Of a stretch of 45,494 bases of DNA, positions 37,651 through 45,494 are shown piece after piece. Location: contig RFHE01000177.1 in the NCBI GenBank assembly GCA_003696445.1, positions 1-45,494 on the forward strand, in the 5' to 3' direction. The notes below the pieces were generated by a model. That model did no database searches. It had not been told where the DNA came from and saw nothing but the letters and a program-made list of their open reading frames with translations. A program made the position numbers and the translations under genes. Positions within the stretch are counted from its first letter, which is position 1. The number at the start of each line of letters is the position of its first letter. The DNA comes from Calditrichota bacterium (GTDB lineage Bacteria; Calditrichota; Calditrichia; RBG-13-44-9; J042).

Positions 37651-39294
37651 CTAAAAATTGTATTTTTGCAGTTCCTTGGGCACATACCAGTTTTCAATAG
37701 GATTCAATCGATAAAAGAAGTGACCATCCTGCTTGAAGACTGAACGCACGTTGTGAAATCGGCTACTCAGTACCACAATGATTCGCTGGTCGAAGAAGAG
37801 AAAAATTGCCGGTCGATCTCGTTTAATGTAAAACTGAAAGCGATGGAAGAGCTCTTCCCGCAGCTCGGGCCGCTGGTACACAGCATTAAACAGCCTGTCC
37901 AGACGAGAATTGGTGTAATTGGGGTTACTTAAATCCCCTTTCAGCACATCAAAGTAAAACTGTTCCGCCGCTTCCAGAGGGTAATTGGGGTCGTAACTGT
38001 AAGTCAAAATCATGGCCTGAAAGTCGTTGTTTTGCACATGATCCAGTTTTTCGCCCTCTGGGATAGGTACCGGCTGCACGTTTATGTTCAACTCGCCCAG
38101 ATATATTTTAACCAGGCGGGCAATGCTTTCCTCCAGGGTGGAGAACTGAGAAAAATAGAGCTTAAAGGAAAACGGGCGGCCGTTTTTCACCAGGACCCCT
38201 TTCTGGGAATCTATGTGCCAGCCAGCCTGGGTTAACAAATCCAGTGCACGGGAAGGGTTGTAACTACCCCGAAACAAAGGTCGATAGTACACCGGATCTC
38301 CCTCAGCAAACAAGGTGTTGGCCAGCTTCTGGCCGGTGCCTTTGAACCGCTCCACCAACCCCTCGCGGTTAATGGCCAACTGGATGGCTTCCCTTACCCC
38401 CCTCTGCTGAAAAGGGAAACCACGAAGGTTGAGCAGGATAAAGAACAATTTCTTCTCCGGGCGGGGAATGGTAAAGACCAGAATCTTTTTCCCCATCAAC
38501 TGATGTAATTGTTCGGCCAGTCGGCGGTCCTGCAACTCCAGGTAATCCAGTTCTCCATTGACCAACGCATCCACCATGGCTTGTTCACTGTCGTAGAGCC
38601 GAACCTGGATGTTGTTGATGAACGGGCGGCCAGCAAAATAATGACGGTGAAATTTCAACTGGATGCGTTCCGGGCTAATGGATTCTACGGCAAAAGGACC
38701 CAGACCCATAGGAGTTTTCTCTTCGAACACCTCCATGCCCCGGGTCATGGCTTCCCGGTAATAACGGGAGGAGAGGATAGCCACATCGTTAAATTCTTCA
38801 AAAAAACGTGGATTGGGCCGGTCGAGGACAAACCGAACCTCCAAGTCCCCATCCAGATCGATCTGCTGAATGGATTGAAAATTTAAACGCCGGTTGAGCA
38901 CATAGCCGCCGAAACGCTTCAAAAATTCGAAAGTGAATTTGACGTCCTGGTTGCGCAGATCCGTACCATCCTGAAAGATCACATTCCGCCGCAACACAAT
39001 CCGCCATACACGGTCCGATTGCCCCGCATCCCGAACGTAGCGATCGATCAGAGGGGGTGGACTGGCCATCTTACCCGGCTTCTGCAACAATCCGGTGCCA
39101 AATACAAAGTGAATGAGTTGTTTTTGGTCGGTCGAGTACACCTGGTACGGCACCAGTTTCAGAGGACGGTTGCGCACCATCCCCATAATTAACTGATCGC
39201 CATAGGACTCCGTTACCGAGGGCGGCCATTGAGGGTAAAGCAGAGAGACCAGAGCGAAGCCAACGGCCGCAATCAGCAAATTTATGTTACGCAA
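37651..39294 (-). CDS. ABC transporter substrate-binding protein, family 5 (OppA/DppA-like), with no permease nearby
   Basis: LRRNVIFQDG...DVKFTF, PMGLGPF, VREAIQLAINRE, YNPSRALDLLTQAGW; TTG start after GAGGA; N-terminal hydrophobic segment. Confidence 0.88.
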   Translation of the reverse strand: MRNINLLIAAVGFALVSLLYPQWPPSVTESYGDQLIMGMVRNRPLKLVPYQVYSTDQKQLIHFVFGTGLLQKPGKMASPPPLIDRYVRDAGQSDRVWRIVLRRNVIFQDGTDLRNQDVKFTFEFLKRFGGYVLNRRLNFQSIQQIDLDGDLEVRFVLDRPNPRFFEEFNDVAILSSRYYREAMTRGMEVFEEKTPMGLGPFAVESISPERIQLKFHRHYFAGRPFINNIQVRLYDSEQAMVDALVNGELDYLELQDRRLAEQLHQLMGKKILVFTIPRPEKKLFFILLNLRGFPFQQRGVREAIQLAINREGLVERFKGTGQKLANTLFAEGDPVYYRPLFRGSYNPSRALDLLTQAGWHIDSQKGVLVKNGRPFSFKLYFSQFSTLEESIARLVKIYLGELNINVQPVPIPEGEKLDHVQNNDFQAMILTYSYDPNYPLEAAEQFYFDVLKGDLSNPNYTNSRLDRLFNAVYQRPELREELFHRFQFYIKRDRPAIFLFFDQRIIVVLSSRFHNVRSVFKQDGHFFYRLNPIENWYVPKELQKYNF

Positions 39295-39565
39295 ACGCCA
39301 GTCCTCGTTTCACCCTTGGTACATCATCCCAAAAGCCCCCATCAGCATGCGAGGCACCATAAAGTTTAAGCAAAAGTTGACCATCTTACCAACGGCCACC
39401 AAATATTTTTGTCGGGCGCCGTTCCAGCAGCGTGCCAACCGCCAGGTGACAAACTAGTACAAATGCAGAATTTTTAAGACAGTTCGGTGAGAGTTGCATT
39501 TGCAAAATTGAAGATTTTCTATTAACTTTGTTGGCTGTGCACCAATAAACGGAAAGCGAGGTAAC

Positions 39566-41173
39566 ATGGAAGAGAAGACTCAGCAACTGCACTTAAAACA
39601 GATCGATGGCGAGCCGGTTTTCCGCATCCACCTCTTCGAAAATCAGGAGATGGTGGATTTTAAATTGGGCGAGCAATTTACCGTGGAAGATGCCGACGGA
39701 AATCCGCTGATTAAAAACATTAAATCCAACCTGCGCTGGCGGGTGAAAATTAAATCCGCCAATCCTGGCAAGGTCCATTATTACCTGGTTCTCTACGAAA
39801 CCTTCGATGCCAAGCGGGCCGAAGAACGCCTGGCCGTTGCCCGGAAAATTGCTCCGGAAGCCAGAATCCTGACCCTGGGCGGAGAGATCTTTCTGAACAA
39901 TAAAAAAATTAATAGCAACACCAAATACACCATTGTGGTGGGCGAGTATTCCAGCGAACTGGCGGCCAAGCGACATATCAAGCGTTTCCGGCCCGAATTT
40001 TCCCCCCGGGTCGAAAAGGCCATTGCCCAACCAGGCACCGGCGAAATTGAAATTTTTGATGCCGAATACGAAAATTCGGCCGAAACCGCCAACGCTGTGC
40101 GCATCGTGCCCAAAGATTTCAATGCCAAAATCAAGCTGTACAACATTCGGGGTGTGGATGAAATTCTGCAAAAGGAATACTACAAAGATCATGTGTACAA
40201 CGGCACCATCGAGTTTCGCATCGATCCCCAGGGACGCCTGATGGCCATTAGCGAACTGCCATTGGAATCCTATCTGAAGCGGGTTGTGTATTCAGAAATC
40301 GGTACCGAATTGCCGTTGGAATTCAGCAAGAGCCTGGCCATTGTGTGCCGGAGCGAGGTAATGGCGCGCATCGGCCACAAGCACCTTGGCGCACCCTACG
40401 ACATGTGCAATTGGGGCCATTGCCTGCGCTACTACGGCGACGATTTTGAAGACAAAAACATTGAAGCAGCCATCGAACAGACCCGGGGCCAGGTGATTGT
40501 GGCCCGTGGCCTGATTGTGGATACCTATTTTAATCTGATTTGCGGAGGCCACACCGAGGACGCCTCCGGGGTGTGGGAAATTGACGAGGCGCCCTTTTTC
40601 CACGGAAAATACGACTGGACGGAAACACCCAAGGAGTTTGCCAATCTTCAGGACGAGGACACAGTGCGGCGTTGGATTCATGCCCGGCCGGAGGCCTGGT
40701 GCAATTTAAAGGGCCGTCAGGTTCCAGACTCCCTGGAGAAAGCCAAACAGTATTTCCGCTGGGAAGTCAACTACAGCCGCCGCGAGCTGGAAGAAATCAT
40801 CCGCAAAAAAACCGGAGAGGACCTGGGCGACCTGTTCGATGTGGTGCCCATCCAGCGGGGGGCTTCCGGTCGATTGAAAGAGGTGGAGTTAATGGGTAGC
40901 CTGAAAAACTACCGGCTGCGCGGCGAACTCTCCATCCGCGAGGCACTGGCCTACGACTACCTGCCCAGCTCTTGCTTTTACGTGGAAAAAGAGATGGACG
41001 AAACCGGCACCCCCTACCTGTTTACCTTTGTCGGTGCCGGTCAGGGGCACGGCGTGGGCATGTGCAAAACCGGTGGTGCGGTGATGGCCATGGAGGGGCA
41101 CACTTGCGAACAGATCCTAAACCATTATTTTGAGGACTGTAATTTGGAATCGATTTACAAAATGGGACAGTAA
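39566..41173 (+). CDS. SpoIID/LytB-domain protein with SPOR-like N-terminal region
   Basis: LPLESYLKRVVYSE, IEQTRGQV, CGGHTED, RGASGRL, GAGQGHGVGMC, EQILNHYF; GAGGT RBS. Confidence 0.88.
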   Translation: MEEKTQQLHLKQIDGEPVFRIHLFENQEMVDFKLGEQFTVEDADGNPLIKNIKSNLRWRVKIKSANPGKVHYYLVLYETFDAKRAEERLAVARKIAPEARILTLGGEIFLNNKKINSNTKYTIVVGEYSSELAAKRHIKRFRPEFSPRVEKAIAQPGTGEIEIFDAEYENSAETANAVRIVPKDFNAKIKLYNIRGVDEILQKEYYKDHVYNGTIEFRIDPQGRLMAISELPLESYLKRVVYSEIGTELPLEFSKSLAIVCRSEVMARIGHKHLGAPYDMCNWGHCLRYYGDDFEDKNIEAAIEQTRGQVIVARGLIVDTYFNLICGGHTEDASGVWEIDEAPFFHGKYDWTETPKEFANLQDEDTVRRWIHARPEAWCNLKGRQVPDSLEKAKQYFRWEVNYSRRELEEIIRKKTGEDLGDLFDVVPIQRGASGRLKEVELMGSLKNYRLRGELSIREALAYDYLPSSCFYVEKEMDETGTPYLFTFVGAGQGHGVGMCKTGGAVMAMEGHTCEQILNHYFEDCNLESIYKMGQ

Positions 41174-41238
41174 AAAAATTCACTTCAGCCCCAGCACGCT
41201 TTGGCCGATGGCTGAATAAAGGAGCGGAGAAACACGCG

Positions 41239-42364
41239 ATGGTAGAAGAGATTACCAAAAACCTGGATCAAACCGAGCAAATACTGGAAAACTTACGGGG
41301 GTTTCTTTGAAATCCCCCGCCTAGAATCCGAAATTGCCGAGCTGGAGAAAAAATCCGCCGATCCAACCCTCTGGGAGAATCCCGAACAGGCCCAGCGAAT
41401 CCTTAAATCGTTGAATGACAAAAAAGAAAAGTTGCAAAGCTGGCGGGAGGCCTGGCAGCAGGTCCAGGATGCCAGACTGATGCTGGAACTGGCCCAAGAA
41501 GCGGAAGACGCCGAAGAGCTCAAAAACCTGCTTTCGGAAAGCCAGCGGTTGCTCAATCGGGCCAGGGAACTGGAATTGCAGGGGTTGCTTTCCCGCCCGG
41601 AGGACCGTAAAAATGCCATTCTGACCATTCATCCCGGTGCGGGTGGAACCGAAAGCCAGGACTGGGCGCAGATGCTAATGCGCATGTATTTGCGCTGGGC
41701 GGAACGAAAAGGATACAAAGCAGAAATCATGGACCTGCTTCCCGGGGAGGAAGCCGGGATTAAAAGCGTCACCATCGAAATCTCCGGTCCCTACGCCTAC
41801 GGATTTCTGAAAGCGGAAACCGGTGTTCATCGGCTGGTGCGCATCTCTCCTTTCGACGCCAGTGGAAGGCGCCATACCTCATTTGCCTCGGTCTTCGTGC
41901 TGCCCGAAATCGATGAGGAGATTGAAATTGAAATCAATCCAAACGATCTGCGCATCGACACGTTTCGGGCCAGCGGTGCCGGTGGACAGCACGTGAACCG
42001 AACCGATTCGGCGGTAAGAATCACCCATATCCCAACAGGAATCGTGGTCACCTGCCAGAGCGAACGCTCCCAGCACAAAAACAAAGCCAATGCCATGAAA
42101 ATCCTGAAGGCGCGCCTCTATCAGCGCAGGCTGGAAGAAAAACAAAAGGAGCGCCAAAAGATCGAGGAAAGTAAAAGCGAGATTGCCTGGGGTAATCAGA
42201 TTCGCTCCTACGTGTTTCATCCTTACAACCTGGTGAAAGATCACCGCACCGGTCACGAAACCGGGGATATTCAGAGGGTGATGGACGGAGAAATTGACGA
42301 TTTTATTTATGCTTACTTGTTGAATCCACCCGAGCAGGTGCGCCGGGAAGAAGAAAAAACTTAA
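41239..42364 (+). CDS. prfB: Peptide chain release factor 2, programmed +1 frameshift
   Basis: ATG 41239 gives 23 codons ending GGG TTT CTT then TGA (41308-41310); the +1 frame continues EIPRLESEIAELE... into the 41411 ORF; GAGGTES, SPF and GGQ motifs. Confidence 0.96.
41295..41311 (+). other. RF2 frameshift cassette (internal SD-like + CTT TGA)
   Basis: ACGGGGG TTT CTT TGA A. Confidence 0.92.
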
Positions 42365-42383
42365 TTCAGAGAAGGTGCTATTC

Positions 42384-42842
42384 ATGACCCAGTTTTTGAA
42401 TTCGAGAGCCGTTTATGCTTTGCGAGCCATGATTTTCATCGCCTGGAAGTGTGAGGAACGAGACTTCATTCCGGTTCGCGAAATAGCCAAAGCTCTTGAT
42501 CTTTCTTTTTCTTTTTTGGCCAAAATCATCGGCCAACTGGTAGAACAGGGTCTGCTGGTCTCGCACCGCGGGCCGGCCGGCGGCGTGGGGCTGGCTCGCC
42601 CGGCCGATCAAATTAACCTGGCCGAAATTCTGTGGGCTGTGGAAGGCGAAGACTATCTGGAAGGTTGCCTTCTTCAACTCCCGGGATGTGAAGAAGCAAC
42701 CCCCTGCCCCATTCACGACCAGTGGAGTAAAATCCGAGAGCAGATTAAGCAGGTGTTTGTAAATACCAGCCTTAAGGAGCTGGCTACCAAGGTCCAAAAA
42801 GAAGGCCTTCGCTTAGCCGATCTTCCCTTCGAAAAGTATTGA
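42384..42842 (+). CDS. Rrf2-family transcriptional regulator with three Cys (Fe-S ligand pattern)
   Basis: YALRAM, FLAKI, SHRGPAGG, GCLLQLPGCEEATPCPIH. Confidence 0.92.
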   Translation: MTQFLNSRAVYALRAMIFIAWKCEERDFIPVREIAKALDLSFSFLAKIIGQLVEQGLLVSHRGPAGGVGLARPADQINLAEILWAVEGEDYLEGCLLQLPGCEEATPCPIHDQWSKIREQIKQVFVNTSLKELATKVQKEGLRLADLPFEKY

Positions 42843-43132
42843 ATGTCTTTCCTGCCAGCAGAAGTCTGCCAGGCAGAGGGGTAGCAGCGTTGTTCTGGCC
42901 GTTGTTTTCTGCCGGTCCTGCATAGTTTCCCGGCAGATGCCATTCCGTCGGGTAAAACCACCCTGTTTTCCTTGAACGACCAGAGGCTGTTTTTTCGAGA
43001 AGGAAACGCTTCAATTCAGTCGCATGCCTTTCCCGGCCCAGAGAAACAATGTAATTTACCTTATAGAAAATCACTGCTCGCTCAGTAATTTTAAATTTGT
43101 TTTGCGCTGAAGAAATTAACTGGGAGACCCTG

Positions 43133-44458
43133 ATGCGACAGACGGTAGCGACTTTCCTGTTCATCCTGTGTTTTCTTGGGGTGAGGCAATCCCGGGCCGG
43201 GGAAACCACCCTTGCGGACAGCATCCAGTTTCTCATTCAGCAGGCACAGTTCAGTGAGGCCACCCGCCTTGCGGAACAGGCGCTTAAAGAGCATCCCGAG
43301 GAAGCCCGGTTGTTTTACCTGGCCGGGACGGCCTGGCAGGGGCTGTTCAATCCGCTGAAAGCGCTCACATATTTTCAGGGGGCGGAACGCCTGGCGCCTT
43401 ACAACCCAACTTATCTGTTTGCCCTGGCTCGGATTTACTACCAGCTTTCTCGTTATCAGGACGCCGAACGGCTGTTCAAAAGAATTCTGGCCAATCAGCC
43501 GGATCACCAAGCGGCCCGCCTGTGGCTAGCGGACTGCCAGTTCAGTCAACAGCAGTACGGGGCCGCTTTACAAATTTACAGGGCCATCGTCCAGCGGGAC
43601 AGTTTAAACCTGTTTGTCCTGCAACGAACGGCCACCTGTCTTCAAAGACTTGGAAACGCATCCGAGGCACTGGCTTTTTGGCAAAAGCTGATTGAGTTGG
43701 ACCCGGGAAACATCCCCTCAGCCCAGGCTCTGGCCAAATTTTACCTGAGCAAAAATCAGCTAGACAGTGCCCGGGCCATTCTGACTACCGCCCTTTCCTA
43801 CAATCCCCATTCCAGTTCCCTTCTCAAACTACGGGCCAGGGTCGCCTACCGTGCTGGGAATTACCGCCAGGCAGCCAGTGTGTACCGGCAATTGCTTGCT
43901 CAGGGGGATAGTTCCAGTTTTGTGCTTCGCCGTCTGGGAAGTTGCCTGCTTTATGTGGATTCCCTACAAGCAGCCGAAACGTTTCTGATGAAAGCGACAG
44001 CGCGGGACAGTACCGACGCGTTAAGCTGGTTTTACTTGGGGTTGTTGTACAACGAACAGGAATCGTATGCGAAAAGTGCTCGTGCTCTGGAAAGAGCCAT
44101 CCAGTTAAGCCGGCCCGATTTTTTGGCCGATGCCTTCGCACAACTGGCCACCGCCTACCAGGCTCTGGGCAAACACAGCCAGGCCATACAAGCCTTTAAA
44201 CAGGCCCTGAAACTGGATTCAACCCAGACTGCCCTGTGGTTTTATTTGGCCTCGACTTACGATGCCTATTATGCGGACCGGCGCGTCCCGCTGTTCTACT
44301 ACCGAAAATTTCTGGAAGTAGCCGGCAATAGTGCCGATCCCGCACTCAACGAGTATGCACGCTTCCGAATTGAAAAGCTGGTGGAGGAAATCCACTTTCA
44401 CCAACACGGCCAGACCAGCACCGTTAATCGGCAAAACCAAATCGACCAGGGCGGTTAA
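43133..44458 (+). CDS. Exported tetratricopeptide-repeat protein
   Basis: Signal peptide MRQTVATFLFILCFLGVRQSRA followed by about 10 TPR-like repeats. Confidence 0.87.
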   Translation: MRQTVATFLFILCFLGVRQSRAGETTLADSIQFLIQQAQFSEATRLAEQALKEHPEEARLFYLAGTAWQGLFNPLKALTYFQGAERLAPYNPTYLFALARIYYQLSRYQDAERLFKRILANQPDHQAARLWLADCQFSQQQYGAALQIYRAIVQRDSLNLFVLQRTATCLQRLGNASEALAFWQKLIELDPGNIPSAQALAKFYLSKNQLDSARAILTTALSYNPHSSSLLKLRARVAYRAGNYRQAASVYRQLLAQGDSSSFVLRRLGSCLLYVDSLQAAETFLMKATARDSTDALSWFYLGLLYNEQESYAKSARALERAIQLSRPDFLADAFAQLATAYQALGKHSQAIQAFKQALKLDSTQTALWFYLASTYDAYYADRRVPLFYYRKFLEVAGNSADPALNEYARFRIEKLVEEIHFHQHGQTSTVNRQNQIDQGG

Positions 44459-44522
44459 TCTCGGCGACTGCCGGGCGGGGAAATCGGTTCAGCGCCCTAC
44501 GTGTCCAGCGGCGCACTCCCGA

Positions 44523-45494
44523 TCAGTCCACCAGCATCGGAATCTTAATGCCGTGCTTGCGGGCAAAGGCAATGGCTTCCTCGTAACCGGCGTCTGCATG
44601 GCGGGCAATACCGATGCCCGGATCGTTGGTCAGCACCCGCTCGATGCGCACCGCCGTTTCCGGAGAACCGTCGGCGACCATCACCTGACCGGAATGCTGG
44701 GAATAGCCGATGCCCACCCCACCTCCATGGTGCATGGAAACCCAGGAAGCACCGGAAGCCACGTTGAGCATCCCGTTCAGCAGCGGCCAGTCCGCAATGG
44801 CGTCGCTGCCGTCCTTCATGGCCTCGGTTTCCCGATTGGGCGAGGCAACCGAACCGGTGTCCAGATGATCGCGCCCGATCACAATGGGGGCCTTAATTTC
44901 GCCCTTCGCCACCAGATCGTTGATGGCCAACCCAAAGCGGGCCCGCTCCCCGTAGCCCAACCAGCAAATCCTGGCTGGCAGCCCTTGAAACTTGACCCGC
45001 TTCTGCGCCATATCGATCCAGCGCACCAGGGGCTTGTTTTCCGGAAACAACTCTTTTACCAGTTCATCGGTGCGGTAAATGTCCTCGGGATCCCCAGAAA
45101 GGGCCACCCAGCGAAAGGGCCCGCGACCTTCGCAAAACAGCGGCCGGATGTAAGCGGGCACAAATCCCGGATACGCAAACGCCTCTTTGAACCCGGCCTT
45201 TTCCGCCTGCCCGCGCAGGTTATTGCCATAATCGAAGGCCACCGCCCCGCGTTTTTTCATCTCTACAATGGCCTCGCAATGACGTCTCATGGACTGAAAG
45301 GCCAGTGCAATGTAGCGTTCCGGATCGGACTTGCGCAGGGCCAGGGCTTCCTGATAGGGCAGTCCGGCCGGCACGTAGCCGTTCAATTCGTCATGGGCGG
45401 AGGTCTGATCGGTTACCACATCCGGGATGATGCCCCGGCGAACAAATTCAGGAAACACATCGGCTGCATTGCCCAGAAGCCCGATGGAGAGGGG
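44523..45494 (-). CDS. hutU: Urocanate hydratase (5' end outside the window)
   Basis: [46 protein letters not shown]. Confidence 0.97.
   Translation of the reverse strand, partial: PLSIGLLGNAADVFPEFVRRGIIPDVVTDQTSAHDELNGYVPAGLPYQEALALRKSDPERYIALAFQSMRRHCEAIVEMKKRGAVAFDYGNNLRGQAEKAGFKEAFAYPGFVPAYIRPLFCEGRGPFRWVALSGDPEDIYRTDELVKELFPENKPLVRWIDMAQKRVKFQGLPARICWLGYGERARFGLAINDLVAKGEIKAPIVIGRDHLDTGSVASPNRETEAMKDGSDAIADWPLLNGMLNVASGASWVSMHHGGGVGIGYSQHSGQVMVADGSPETAVRIERVLTNDPGIGIARHADAGYEEAIAFARKHGIKIPMLVD

Noticed and set aside
39422-39438. TTGGCACGCTGCTGGA upstream of the SBP operon (minus strand)
   Set aside because: Good -24 box, but the -12 reads TGGA rather than TTGC; too weak to call.
1-45494. 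CRISPR arrays, IS elements, prophage or defence islands
   Set aside because: No regularly spaced repeats, transposase, integrase or phage-like ORFs were seen.

Overview
45.5 kb of mostly housekeeping and signalling chromosome from a diderm bacterium. The gene styles suggest an FCB-related lineage such as Calditrichota, but this is a weak inference. No rRNA, tRNA, CRISPR array or transposase was recognised. Recognisable genes: trxB (partial), DUF58, rsmB, an OPT-USP-rhomboid-SDH/ClpP-like protease run, citrate synthase, fused formiminotransferase-cyclodeaminase, peptidase M64, acyl-CoA dehydrogenase, an HD-GYP response regulator, mpl, a TrmJ-type methyltransferase, a SpoIID/LytB protein, prfB with its +1 frameshift, an Rrf2 regulator and hutU (partial). 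The most unusual element is an intact type IV pilus/T2SS-derived gene set at 4044-7805. Its PilB/GspE-like and PilM-like proteins have lost their nucleotide-binding motifs, while the prepilin peptidase keeps both catalytic Asp. A good sigma-54 promoter and a palindromic enhancer-like site lie upstream. Other oddities: a hybrid histidine kinase with His replaced by Gly, coupled to an HDOD gene; a hicB-hicA-like pair whose toxin lacks the catalytic His; a C2H2 zinc finger inserted in FTCD; a stand-alone secretin-N-like mini-protein; an orphan family-5 solute-binding protein fronting an HK/NtrC/OMP operon; and sigma-28-like promoters before three signalling genes. All calls come from reading motifs by eye; no searches were run.
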